Assembly: GCA_030523245.1 (NCBI GenBank)
Contig: JAUNIW010000003.1
Span: forward strand, 1,023-65,022
DNA length: 64,000 nt
DNA from: Pseudomonadota bacterium
GTDB lineage: Bacteria > Pseudomonadota > Alphaproteobacteria > RF32 > CAG-239
Direction: 5' to 3'
A model generated the notes under the pieces. The model was not told the origin of the DNA. It worked only from the letters and a program-made list of their open reading frames with translations, and made no database searches. Below, in pieces: positions 45,957 through 54,502 of the stretch (positions are counted from its first letter, which is position 1; each line of letters opens with the position of its first letter). The translations under genes were made by a program, and so were the position numbers.

Positions 45957-46193
45957 TTAGATAATCATCAAAATGGCGATAACCAAAATATACAAAGCAA
46001 TAGCTTCAATAGAACCCATACCGATAAAGCCGAACAAGGTTACGTCTTTTTTAACCTGAGGATTGCGACCAACGGTTTCAATCAAAGCAACCCACAGTTT
46101 TGTTAAACCCCAGGCAGCGGCAGTCATGGCCAAAGCGCAGATACCGGCACCGATATAAGCCAAAGTTTTATTTTGTAAGATTTCGTTTTCCAT
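45957..46193 (-). CDS. atpE: F0F1 ATP synthase subunit c
   Basis: 78-aa two-helix hairpin with an RNPxxK-type loop (GRNPQVK) and a conserved carboxylate in helix 2 (GSIEAIALY). Confidence 0.9.
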   Translation of the reverse strand: MENEILQNKTLAYIGAGICALAMTAAAWGLTKLWVALIETVGRNPQVKKDVTLFGFIGMGSIEAIALYILVIAILMII

Positions 46194-46224
46194 TTTAAAG
46201 TTCCTTTCTTTAAGTCAACAAAAG

Positions 46225-46950
46225 TTAGTGTTCGTTACTGATAGCCATGTTTAAATAGACACAGCTCAATGTTGTGTATATATAAGCCTGCAACAGCGTT
46301 ACGAATAGCTCAAACATAATGATTCCCATGTCTGCAACGAGCGGAATAAAGCCGAACAGCTGCATGGAAACAATAAAACCTCCCAAAACTTTGAGAATAA
46401 TATGTCCGACAGACATATTAACGGCCAAACGGATTGTGAGGCTAAAAGGTTTTGATAAAAGCGATATAATTTCTATCGGTACAATCAGCGGAGCCATTAA
46501 AACAGGCACGCCCTGCGGAAAAAATGTATGCAGATAACTCCATCCGCGTTTTTTTATACCGGCAACAATATTGAGGAGAAGACAGAAAATAGACAAGGCT
46601 CCGACGGCGGCAATATGCGATGTAAAAGTAAAGCTGTACGGGAACAATCCTAATATGTTACCGCCGGCGATAAACGTAAACAATGCAAAAACAAAAGAAA
46701 AGTATTTAATACCGTTTTTGCCAAGTGTTTCACCCATAATACTCTGAATAAAAGAATAAACGGCTTCGGGAATAGTCTGAGCCATGGTCGGTACAATATT
46801 TCTTTTTCTCAGGCAGAAAGTCATACTGAGCATAATAACAGCTACCGTAATCATCATGCACAGCGCTGAATTTGTAAAGGATAAATCAACACCGTTAACT
46901 TCAAACGGAATAATTCTTTTTATTTCAAACTGTTCTACCGGACTGGACAT
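46225..46950 (-). CDS. atpB: F0F1 ATP synthase subunit a
   Basis: N-terminus SPVEQF and the essential Arg motif LTIRLAVNMSVGH. 241 aa. Confidence 0.92.
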   Translation of the reverse strand: MSSPVEQFEIKRIIPFEVNGVDLSFTNSALCMMITVAVIMLSMTFCLRKRNIVPTMAQTIPEAVYSFIQSIMGETLGKNGIKYFSFVFALFTFIAGGNILGLFPYSFTFTSHIAAVGALSIFCLLLNIVAGIKKRGWSYLHTFFPQGVPVLMAPLIVPIEIISLLSKPFSLTIRLAVNMSVGHIILKVLGGFIVSMQLFGFIPLVADMGIIMFELFVTLLQAYIYTTLSCVYLNMAISNEH

Positions 46951-47264
46951 TACTCTTTTCCTTCCTGAATATTTTTATCCATCTCTTTTGCCGAGCGATA
47001 AACATTCAACATACCAGCCATACACCCAAATAAAGAAAATACAAGCAGAAAAATGACTTTAGTCCCGAAAAATTTATCCAAAGCATAACCGATACAGATG
47101 CCGGCCAGAACGGCGGCAACAAATTCCGTGCCGATTCTGAAAGCATTTGCAACAGAATCCGGTATAGACGATTTCTTGGATTTTTCCGAATTCTCGCGCT
47201 GAAAGTTTTTCAGTTTTTGAATTCTTTCATCCATGTTTTTAATATCTTTGGGCGTTTTTTTCAT
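46950..47264 (-). CDS. atpI: ATP synthase protein I (AtpI/AtpZ-like)
   Basis: 104 aa with two TM helices and a basic N-terminus, directly upstream of and overlapping atpB. Confidence 0.7.
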   Translation of the reverse strand: MKKTPKDIKNMDERIQKLKNFQRENSEKSKKSSIPDSVANAFRIGTEFVAAVLAGICIGYALDKFFGTKVIFLLVFSLFGCMAGMLNVYRSAKEMDKNIQEGKE

Positions 47265-48004
47265 TGTGCCTTTTTTACTCCCAGACGTGTCAGGCGTTCA
47301 TCAAGGTATTTTTTCAATGTTTTAAAACTGGTTGCGGAATAGATGATTTCGTTGCCGTCGCGGCCGCTGAACAATAAAGCCGGTGTTCCGGTCATTCCGA
47401 GCTGTTTCAGACCCTGTTGTCTGTCGGAAATAATCATCTGTGCCATGGCATCGTTATGCAGGCAGGATTCGGCTTCATTATAACTGATGCCGAATTCGGC
47501 TGCATATCCGTAAAGCGGTTCGGTATCGGAAGATAAAAGCCAAAATCTTTGTCTGTCGAAAAGTCGGGATAAAAAGTCATGATAGTTGTCGGTAGAAGCG
47601 CATTGCAACAGCATGGCCGCTTCCATGGATTTTTTATCCAGCGGGAAATTAACAAAAACAATACGCAGCAGCCCGTTATCAACATATTCGCGTTTTACTT
47701 CCGGAATAACATCCAGATGAAAATCAGCACAATGCGGGCATCCTAAAGATGAAAATTCATAAAGAGTAAGCGGCGCCCCCAAAGAACCTTCGGCAAATTT
47801 TTCGGAAACATTGAGATGAAGATTATCCGGTAAAACATTGACAAGACCATGTCTTTCCATGGCGGCAGCCGTTTGCTGTTTTAAGACAATATTACCGGTT
47901 TCATCAATAACAAATCCTTTATATGTAAAATAAAAATAAGCCACGGCAAAAAAAGCAACAATAAAAGTTGCGGTTTTGCTGAGTGTTCTGATAATCGTAT
48001 ACAA
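47261..48004 (-). CDS. DsbA-family thiol:disulfide oxidoreductase
   Basis: N-terminal TM anchor, a thioredoxin-fold CPHC active site (SSLGCPHCADFH), and GTPALL near the C-terminus. Confidence 0.8.
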   Translation of the reverse strand: MYTIIRTLSKTATFIVAFFAVAYFYFTYKGFVIDETGNIVLKQQTAAAMERHGLVNVLPDNLHLNVSEKFAEGSLGAPLTLYEFSSLGCPHCADFHLDVIPEVKREYVDNGLLRIVFVNFPLDKKSMEAAMLLQCASTDNYHDFLSRLFDRQRFWLLSSDTEPLYGYAAEFGISYNEAESCLHNDAMAQMIISDRQQGLKQLGMTGTPALLFSGRDGNEIIYSATSFKTLKKYLDERLTRLGVKKAQ

Positions 48005-48013
48005 ACGTTCCTC

Positions 48014-48541
48014 CTAAGATTTTTTGTTGCCGAATACGGCTCTGCCCAGATTTTCCAACCGGTAGCGCAAATTGTTGTCGGCAACCTCTTTTACTATTTC
48101 AGTAATATAATTTTGTTCTTCTTGAGATACAAGATTTTTTTTCATATTATCAATGGGTTTTGGGGATAAAAGAAAATCTTCGGGGCTGTTATTTTGAATA
48201 ATTTTCAATTTGGAAACGGCCTGATAGCCGAAATAAGTATTTATTTTTTCTAAGATTTGCGATTCGCGCTGTTGAATTTCCAGAGCAAAAGCGCCGCCCA
48301 AAACAAAGAGGTCGAGAGTTCCGTTCAGATGCTCGTTTCTGGCAAAACGGATTCTGCGCGGCAGGGTATAGGGAGCCAAGGTATCCCCGACAATGGATTT
48401 CCATGCTGACAAAAGTTCGATTTCGAGCATGCCGCCGGTACCGAGCAGTTGTTTAGCCAGCGGTATAATCGTTTTGGAAACACTGGTCAGGTCGTCCAGA
48501 GTATGTTCTTCCTTTATGTAAAGTTCTTTTCTTTTAGCCAT
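48014..48541 (-). CDS. DUF721/DciA-like protein
   Basis: Pattern WKSIVGDTLAPYTLPRRIRF...GTLDLFVLGGAFALEIQ...INTYFGYQAVSKLKI matches the remembered DUF721 profile. The ATG at 48541 (MAKRKE) is preferred to limit overlap with xerD. Confidence 0.6.
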   Translation of the reverse strand: MAKRKELYIKEEHTLDDLTSVSKTIIPLAKQLLGTGGMLEIELLSAWKSIVGDTLAPYTLPRRIRFARNEHLNGTLDLFVLGGAFALEIQQRESQILEKINTYFGYQAVSKLKIIQNNSPEDFLLSPKPIDNMKKNLVSQEEQNYITEIVKEVADNNLRYRLENLGRAVFGNKKS

Positions 48542-49451
48542 GACTGTCCTCAGAAAAATGTGCCAGAGGGTGTTTCTGACGAACGATTTCACCCAGCTTC
48601 TGTGAAGTAATATGTGTATATATTTCTGTTGTGGCGATGTTTTTATGCCCCAGCATTTTTTGTACCGAACGTAAATCCGCTTCGTTGTTTAACAAGTGTG
48701 TGGCAAAGGAGTGACGTAAAACGTGCGGTGATACGCGGGACGGATAAATGCCGCAATCGACAGCCAGTTTTTTTAAATCTTTAAAGAAAGCATCACGGGT
48801 TAAGTGGCCGGAAACGGAGGTCAGAGAAGGAAAAAGCCAAGGTGACTGAGAATTTTTTTTCATAAATTCTTGTCGCAGCGGCAGATAGTCTTGCAGAGTT
48901 TGTAAAGTTCTTGCGGCAATAGGAATAATGCGTTCTTTGTTTCCTTTGCCGCAGACGGTTACCAGTTGTTTGTTGTAGTTAACGGCGTTTTCGGGCAGTC
49001 CGACAAGCTCGGAAACACGAAGACCTGTAGCATATATAAGTTCAATCATTACACCGATACGCTGGTAACGGTAATCCGTTTTAGCAAAAGCCGCATCAAT
49101 AAGCTGGCGGATTTCTTTTACGGTCAGGAACTTGGGCAGCGGTTTTTCTTGTTTTGGTGTTAATATTGCAGATGCCGGATTGTCGGTAATAATCTTTTCG
49201 GAATATAAAAATTTGCAAAAATCTTTAATAGCCGAAAGTTTGCGGGCCAGACTTTTGGGGGCAAAGGATTCGCTTTGCAGATTTTGAATAAAGCTTTCGA
49301 TTCGCTCTTCGGAGATATCCTGAGGCGTTTCAAGGCGGCAAAATTTAAAAAACTGCATCAAATCACTTCTGTAAGCCGTGATTGTCGTCAAAGCCGCGCC
49401 TTTTTCCGCTGCTTCGGTTTCGAGAAAACTATCAAGCCAGTGTTCAAGCAT
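48534..49451 (-). CDS. xerD: Tyrosine recombinase XerD (chromosome dimer resolution)
   Basis: N-terminal core-binding domain (TITAYRSDL), catalytic residues in ATGLRVSE, HVLRHSFATHLL and LGHKNIATTEIYTH. Lies divergent from aroK, as in many alphaproteobacteria. Confidence 0.75.
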   Translation of the reverse strand: MLEHWLDSFLETEAAEKGAALTTITAYRSDLMQFFKFCRLETPQDISEERIESFIQNLQSESFAPKSLARKLSAIKDFCKFLYSEKIITDNPASAILTPKQEKPLPKFLTVKEIRQLIDAAFAKTDYRYQRIGVMIELIYATGLRVSELVGLPENAVNYNKQLVTVCGKGNKERIIPIAARTLQTLQDYLPLRQEFMKKNSQSPWLFPSLTSVSGHLTRDAFFKDLKKLAVDCGIYPSRVSPHVLRHSFATHLLNNEADLRSVQKMLGHKNIATTEIYTHITSQKLGEIVRQKHPLAHFSEDSHG

Positions 49452-49456
49452 TAAAG

Positions 49457-49627
49457 TTAATTTTCAAGATTTACGGAAATATCCTGTGTTACATGTTCGG
49501 TTGGAACCTGAATATCATGAATCATCAAAAAAATAACGCCGGCAAGAAGAAACAAGCCCAGAGCATAAAACAAAATTTTAAGATTGCTGCCTTGATTGTA
49601 CATGGATTGTCTTTTCATAAATTTCAT
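49457..49627 (-). CDS. Small (56 aa) single-TM protein, hypothetical; below the ORF-track length cutoff
   Basis: My translation of the minus strand: MKFMKRQSMYNQGSNLKILFYALGLFLLAGVIFLMIHDIQVPTEHVTQDISVNLEN*. AAGG lies before the ATG. It fills the xerD-aroK gap. Confidence 0.35.
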   Translation of the reverse strand: MKFMKRQSMYNQGSNLKILFYALGLFLLAGVIFLMIHDIQVPTEHVTQDISVNLEN

Positions 49628-49722
49628 CCTTATAACAAGTTAAAAAAAGATTGAATAATGTTAGCAAGGTTATATTATTAGGTCAATAGAAAGCAAATAT
49701 TTGAACAAAGAAAATTAAGAAA

Positions 49723-50277
49723 ATGACTAAGATAAATAAGATAATATTGCTGGTCGGATTGATGGGAAGCGGAAAAACCAGCGTTGGCAAAAGACTGGCA
49801 CGTCGTTTGTCTTTACCGTTTGTGGACGGTGATCAGGAAATTGAAAAAGCGGCAGGATTATCTCTTGTTGACGTATTGAAATGTTTTGGCGAAAAAGAGT
49901 ATCGGGCCGGCGAAGAACGCGTTATGAAACGTCTGTTGCAGGGAACACCGTGTGTTTTGGCGTCGGGCGGCGGTTCGTTTGTGGCGGCGCAGACGCGGGA
50001 ATTGGCAAAGGAACACGCCGTGACAATCTGGCTGAAGGCAGATATTAACACGCTTTATCATCGTACGGCCGGCCGGACACGCCGTCCTTTTTTGCTGGGA
50101 GACAATGCCACGGTAAAGCATAAGCTGCAAGAATATATAACCGAAGAATATCCTTACTATTCCGAGGCTGATATTGTGGTTGAAACACGTGATGAAAAGG
50201 TGGAAAATACAGTCAGAAGAGTGGCTTCGGCCGTTCATCATTTTTTTCAGCAGCAAAAGAAAACAAACGGTATTTAA
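49723..50277 (+). CDS. aroK: Shikimate kinase
   Basis: Walker A LVGLMGSGKTSVGKRLA, a DGD motif and ASGGG. Confidence 0.9.
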   Translation: MTKINKIILLVGLMGSGKTSVGKRLARRLSLPFVDGDQEIEKAAGLSLVDVLKCFGEKEYRAGEERVMKRLLQGTPCVLASGGGSFVAAQTRELAKEHAVTIWLKADINTLYHRTAGRTRRPFLLGDNATVKHKLQEYITEEYPYYSEADIVVETRDEKVENTVRRVASAVHHFFQQQKKTNGI

Positions 50278-50287
50278 GGAGAAATAA

Positions 50288-50998
50288 ATGCGAAAAAGCA
50301 GCCGAAATGCGGAAGATTTGCGAGAAATAGAAATAATTCCGAATGTTAATCTGTATGCGGAAGGTTCTTGTCTGATAAAATGCGGGAATACCCACGTTTT
50401 ATGTACGGCCAGCGTAAGTCCTGAAGTTCCAAACTGGCTCAAAGGCGGAAATCGGGGCTGGATAACGGCAGAATATTCTTTGCTGCCGCGGGCGACGCAG
50501 ACACGTGTTTCTCGTGAAACAAAAGGTGTAAACGGCCGAACCGCCGAAATTCAGCGCCTTATCGGACGTTCGTTACGGGCAGCCGTGGAGTTGACCGAAA
50601 TGCCGGAAATGTGCGTGCAAGTGGATTGTGATGTTTTGCAGGCTGACGGCGGCACAAGGACGGCTTCGATAACCGGCGGTTTTGTTGCTTTGTATCTGGC
50701 TTTGCAGAAAATGGTAAAAGACGGCCGTCTGCCGCGTAATCCGGTGCGGGAGTATGTGGCGGCGGTATCTTGCGGAATTTATGAAAACGAGCCATTGCTT
50801 GATTTGGATTATGAAGAGGATTCGCATGCCGGAGCCGATACCAATTTTGTTTTGACGGAAAACGGCAAAATCGTGGAGATTCAGGCAACGGCAGAGGGGG
50901 CTGTTTTTGGTGAGGCAGAATTTGAAAAATTATTCCGTCTGGCTAAAAAAGGCATTCATGAACTGATTATGGCTCAGAAGAAAGCGATTAACGCCTAG
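50288..50998 (+). CDS. rph: Ribonuclease PH
   Basis: RxDGR-like N-terminus, GWITAEYSLLPRAT, DCDVLQADGGTRTASITG, and a 236-aa length. Confidence 0.95.
   Translation: MRKSSRNAEDLREIEIIPNVNLYAEGSCLIKCGNTHVLCTASVSPEVPNWLKGGNRGWITAEYSLLPRATQTRVSRETKGVNGRTAEIQRLIGRSLRAAVELTEMPEMCVQVDCDVLQADGGTRTASITGGFVALYLALQKMVKDGRLPRNPVREYVAAVSCGIYENEPLLDLDYEEDSHAGADTNFVLTENGKIVEIQATAEGAVFGEAEFEKLFRLAKKGIHELIMAQKKAINA
50506..50521. promoter_or_regulatory. parS-like site with one mismatch (TGTTTCTCGTGAAACA)
   Basis: 15 of 16 match to the canonical palindrome. It lies inside rph, encoding VSRET, about 36 kb from parB. Confidence 0.4.
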
Positions 50999-51008
50999 GA
51001 GGATATTT

Positions 51009-51599
51009 ATGAAATTAACAAAAATTATTTTTGCCAGCCACAATGCCGGAAAAATCAAAGAAATAAAAGAATTACTGGAACCTTACGGCATACAGGTCAT
51101 GTCGGCGCTGGATATGGATTTGCCGGATGTTGAAGAAACGGGAACAACCTTTGCCGAAAATTCTCTTTTGAAATCTCAAACCATAGCGGCACAGACAAAA
51201 ATGCCGTGTCTGGCAGATGATTCGGGACTGTGCGTCGATGCGTTAAATGGTGCTCCCGGCGTATATTCGGCCCGCTATGCGCCAAATCGTGATTTTGCGA
51301 AAGGCATGGATAAACTGCTGTCCGAAATGGAAAAAAGTCCGGATAAAAGCCGTAAAGCGTATTTTTCGTGTGTTATCTCGCTGGCCTGGCCGGACGGAAA
51401 ATATGAAATTTTCGAAGGGCGGGTTGACGGTATGATAGCTCGGGAAAAGAAAGGGAATTTCGGATTCGGATATGACCCGTTATTTATTCCGGATGGTTTT
51501 GAGCAGAGTTTTGCCGAGATGAACAAAGATGAAAAGAATAAAATTTCCCATCGGGGACGGGCTGTTAAAAAATTACAGGAATTCCTGAAAAATTTATAA
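51009..51599 (+). CDS. rdgB: dITP/XTP pyrophosphatase (RdgB/Ham1 family)
   Basis: FASHNAGKIKE, DDSGL, FGYDPLF and SHRG motifs. Follows rph, as is common. Confidence 0.9.
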   Translation: MKLTKIIFASHNAGKIKEIKELLEPYGIQVMSALDMDLPDVEETGTTFAENSLLKSQTIAAQTKMPCLADDSGLCVDALNGAPGVYSARYAPNRDFAKGMDKLLSEMEKSPDKSRKAYFSCVISLAWPDGKYEIFEGRVDGMIAREKKGNFGFGYDPLFIPDGFEQSFAEMNKDEKNKISHRGRAVKKLQEFLKNL

Positions 51600-51610
51600 G
51601 GAATCCCAAA

Positions 51611-54502
51611 ATGACGGCAAAAATCTATAATGTTAATGCGGCAGCTTCATTTGTTGATGTTTTGGCTGAAACTTTTTTGAAAGAATATCAAAACCGGCCG
51701 GAGGAGCTGACCAAGGTTTTGTTTTTGCTGCCAAACCGCCGTGCCTGCCAAAGTTTATCGGATGCCTTTGTGCGGCAGCGCGGACCGGAACCGACGATTT
51801 TGCCGCGGATAGTACCTGTTGCCGATGTAGAAGAAGACGAAGTATTTTTAACCGGTGCGCATGAGATTATTAAAAATCTGAGTCCGGAAATATCCAAAAC
51901 GGAAAGAGAACTGATTTTTACGCGCTTAATCATGCAAAAGCCGGCAGATTTGGGTTTGGGAAATTTATCTTTGGTTCAGGCTTATGCTCTGGCTGAAAAT
52001 CTGGCTGATTTGGTGGATTTGGCGTATAATGAAAATCTGGATTTCTCCCGTTTGCAAGAAATTGTACCGGCCGAGTATGCCGAGCATTGGCAGGAAAGTC
52101 TGACGCTGTTGGGCATTATTACTCTGAATTGGCCGGAGATTATGGCAAAACGCGGGGTTGTAGATACGGTTTTGCGCCGCAATCAGCTTTTGGAAGCCGA
52201 ACTGGAAATCTGGCAGCGGAATAAAACAGAACAAAAAATTGTGGTGGCCGGTACGACGGCGGCTTTTCCGCTGTTGAAAAAACTTGTTAAAACAGTCATG
52301 AATCTGCCGAACGGTGAGGTATGGCTCTATGGATTGGATATGATTCTGGAGGATTCGGGCTGGCAGCAAATAGATGAAAATCATCCGCAGTTTGAACTGA
52401 AAGAACTGCTGGATTATTTACAAGTTGACCGTTCGTCGGTTATAAATGCGCCGGAAAAAACGTTTTCGCCGAGAGAAAGATTTGTATCGGAAGTTATGCG
52501 TCCGGCCGGCAGTTCGGCGGAATGGCGCCGGTTGACGACGATGCCTCTGCCTGTATCGGCATTGGATGGTATACATCTTATGAGCAGCAATGATATCCGT
52601 CAGGAGGCTCAGGCTGTTGCGTTACTCATGCGGCAGACTCTGGAAACACCGGAAAAAACGGCGGCTTTGATAACTTTGGATAGAAATTTGGCTCGCCGTG
52701 TTGTTTCCGAATTAAAAAGGTGGGGAATTACGGCCGACGATTCTGCCGGTCAGCCGCTGGGATTAACCCCGATAGGCGTTTATTTGCGGCTGATTATCAA
52801 TGTTTTGGAAAATGATTTCTCACAAGTCAGTCTGCTTTCTTTGCTGAAACATCCGTTTGCCGCCTGCATGCAAAATAAAAGTGCTTTAAACCGGCAGATT
52901 CGCCTTTTGGAATTAATCTGGCGCCAAAAAGAAGAACCGACGCCGCAGCAAGAAGAGCTTATGATAAAGATAAAATCTTGTTTTGCTCCGCTGCAGAAAC
53001 TTTTTAGCGGTTCGGAAGTCAGTCTGAAAGAATTGTTTATCCAACATATTAAAACGGCGGAAGATTTAGCGTCAACAGATACAAAAGACGGTGCAAAAAT
53101 TATTTGGAAAAATGATTCGGGCAATGCGGCGGCCAAATTTGTCAGCGCATTTGCCGAAAAATGCGACCTGCTGGGAAATATCCGGCCGCAGGATTATTTG
53201 CCGTTGTTAGAACATTTGCTGCTGGAACAGAATGTACGTGTGCGTTACGGAATGCATCCGAGAATAAAAATACTGGGACCGATAGAAGCACGGCTGAACC
53301 GATTCGATGTGACGATTATCGGTGAAGTAAACGAGGGTATCTGGCCCAAATTACCGTCAACCGATATGTGGATGTCGCGGCCGATGAGAAAAGATTTCGG
53401 CTTTCCGTTGCCGGAACGGGCCGTTGGTGTTATGGCCGCTGATTTTTCTCATCTGCTGAATGCACCGGAAGTGTATCTGACCAGAGCGGAGCGAATAGAC
53501 GGTACGCCGACCGGTAAATCACGCTGGTGGCTTCGAATGGAAACCGTTCTGGCTGCAAATTTCGGCAAGGAAGAGGAATATGAATTTATTAAAGATAAAA
53601 AATATTCTCTCTGGGCAAAGTTCTGGGAGCGGGCCGTCCGGCAAAAACGTATTACGGCTCCGCGTCCGTGTCCGCCGGCGGAGCTGCGGCCGCGTAAGTT
53701 GTCAGCTGTTAATTTTGAAATGCTGATGCGGGATCCGTACACAATTTATGCCAAGTATATTCTGGGGCTGTATCCGCTGCATGACCTTGATGAAAATGTT
53801 GCTTTTCGGGACTACGGTAATATTGTGCATAAAGTGATTGAAGAGTTTAATAATCAATATTCTTCTGCGGCTTATCCGCAAAACGCAGCTGAAATATTAT
53901 TGAAAATGGGAGAAAAAGAGTTTGCCGCCAACAATATCAGTGCGGAGATAAAGGCCTTCTGGTGGCCGAAGTTCGTGAAGACGGCAGACTGGCTGGTGGC
54001 ACGGGAAAAAGAATACCGGCCGGAGATAGCGCGGGTACATAATGAAGTCAGCGGTGCCGTAAAAGTCTGTAACGGCAATTTTACCATAACGGCCAAGGCA
54101 GACAGAATAGATGAAACCAAAGACGGATATTTGAATATACTGGATTATAAGACCGGACAGGCACGAACCGTTAATGAGATGATAAGCGGTTTTGCGCCGC
54201 AATTGCCGATAGAAGCGCTGATAGCCGAAAACGGCGGCTTTGAAGGAATTCCGCCGAAGCAGGTTTCTTCTTTGCGTTATTGGCGGTTGGGCGAAAAAGA
54301 AATTGCGGCCGATGCGGAGCAAAGCCGAAAAGGCTGTGAAGCAACTCTGGGACTGATAGAAAATTATATGACGGCCTACAGTAAAAAAGAACAGCCTTAT
54401 CTGCCCAAACCTGTAATTTCAAAAGCACCGGCCTATTCTGATTATGACCATTTATCACGAATTCTGGAATGGTCGGTGAAGGATGAAAAAGATGAGAACT
54501 AA
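51611..54502 (+). CDS. addB: Double-strand break repair protein AddB (alphaproteobacterial type)
   Basis: 963 aa directly upstream of and overlapping addA. C-terminal PD-(D/E)XK nuclease motif ADRIDETKDGYLNILDYKTG. Confidence 0.8.
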   Translation: MTAKIYNVNAAASFVDVLAETFLKEYQNRPEELTKVLFLLPNRRACQSLSDAFVRQRGPEPTILPRIVPVADVEEDEVFLTGAHEIIKNLSPEISKTERELIFTRLIMQKPADLGLGNLSLVQAYALAENLADLVDLAYNENLDFSRLQEIVPAEYAEHWQESLTLLGIITLNWPEIMAKRGVVDTVLRRNQLLEAELEIWQRNKTEQKIVVAGTTAAFPLLKKLVKTVMNLPNGEVWLYGLDMILEDSGWQQIDENHPQFELKELLDYLQVDRSSVINAPEKTFSPRERFVSEVMRPAGSSAEWRRLTTMPLPVSALDGIHLMSSNDIRQEAQAVALLMRQTLETPEKTAALITLDRNLARRVVSELKRWGITADDSAGQPLGLTPIGVYLRLIINVLENDFSQVSLLSLLKHPFAACMQNKSALNRQIRLLELIWRQKEEPTPQQEELMIKIKSCFAPLQKLFSGSEVSLKELFIQHIKTAEDLASTDTKDGAKIIWKNDSGNAAAKFVSAFAEKCDLLGNIRPQDYLPLLEHLLLEQNVRVRYGMHPRIKILGPIEARLNRFDVTIIGEVNEGIWPKLPSTDMWMSRPMRKDFGFPLPERAVGVMAADFSHLLNAPEVYLTRAERIDGTPTGKSRWWLRMETVLAANFGKEEEYEFIKDKKYSLWAKFWERAVRQKRITAPRPCPPAELRPRKLSAVNFEMLMRDPYTIYAKYILGLYPLHDLDENVAFRDYGNIVHKVIEEFNNQYSSAAYPQNAAEILLKMGEKEFAANNISAEIKAFWWPKFVKTADWLVAREKEYRPEIARVHNEVSGAVKVCNGNFTITAKADRIDETKDGYLNILDYKTGQARTVNEMISGFAPQLPIEALIAENGGFEGIPPKQVSSLRYWRLGEKEIAADAEQSRKGCEATLGLIENYMTAYSKKEQPYLPKPVISKAPAYSDYDHLSRILEWSVKDEKDEN

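Noticed and set aside
48534-49451. Tyrosine recombinase as a possible marker of an integrated mobile element
   Set aside because: The sequence and its divergent position next to aroK fit the housekeeping XerD dimer-resolution recombinase. There are no flanking att-like repeats, tRNA gene or phage/plasmid cargo.
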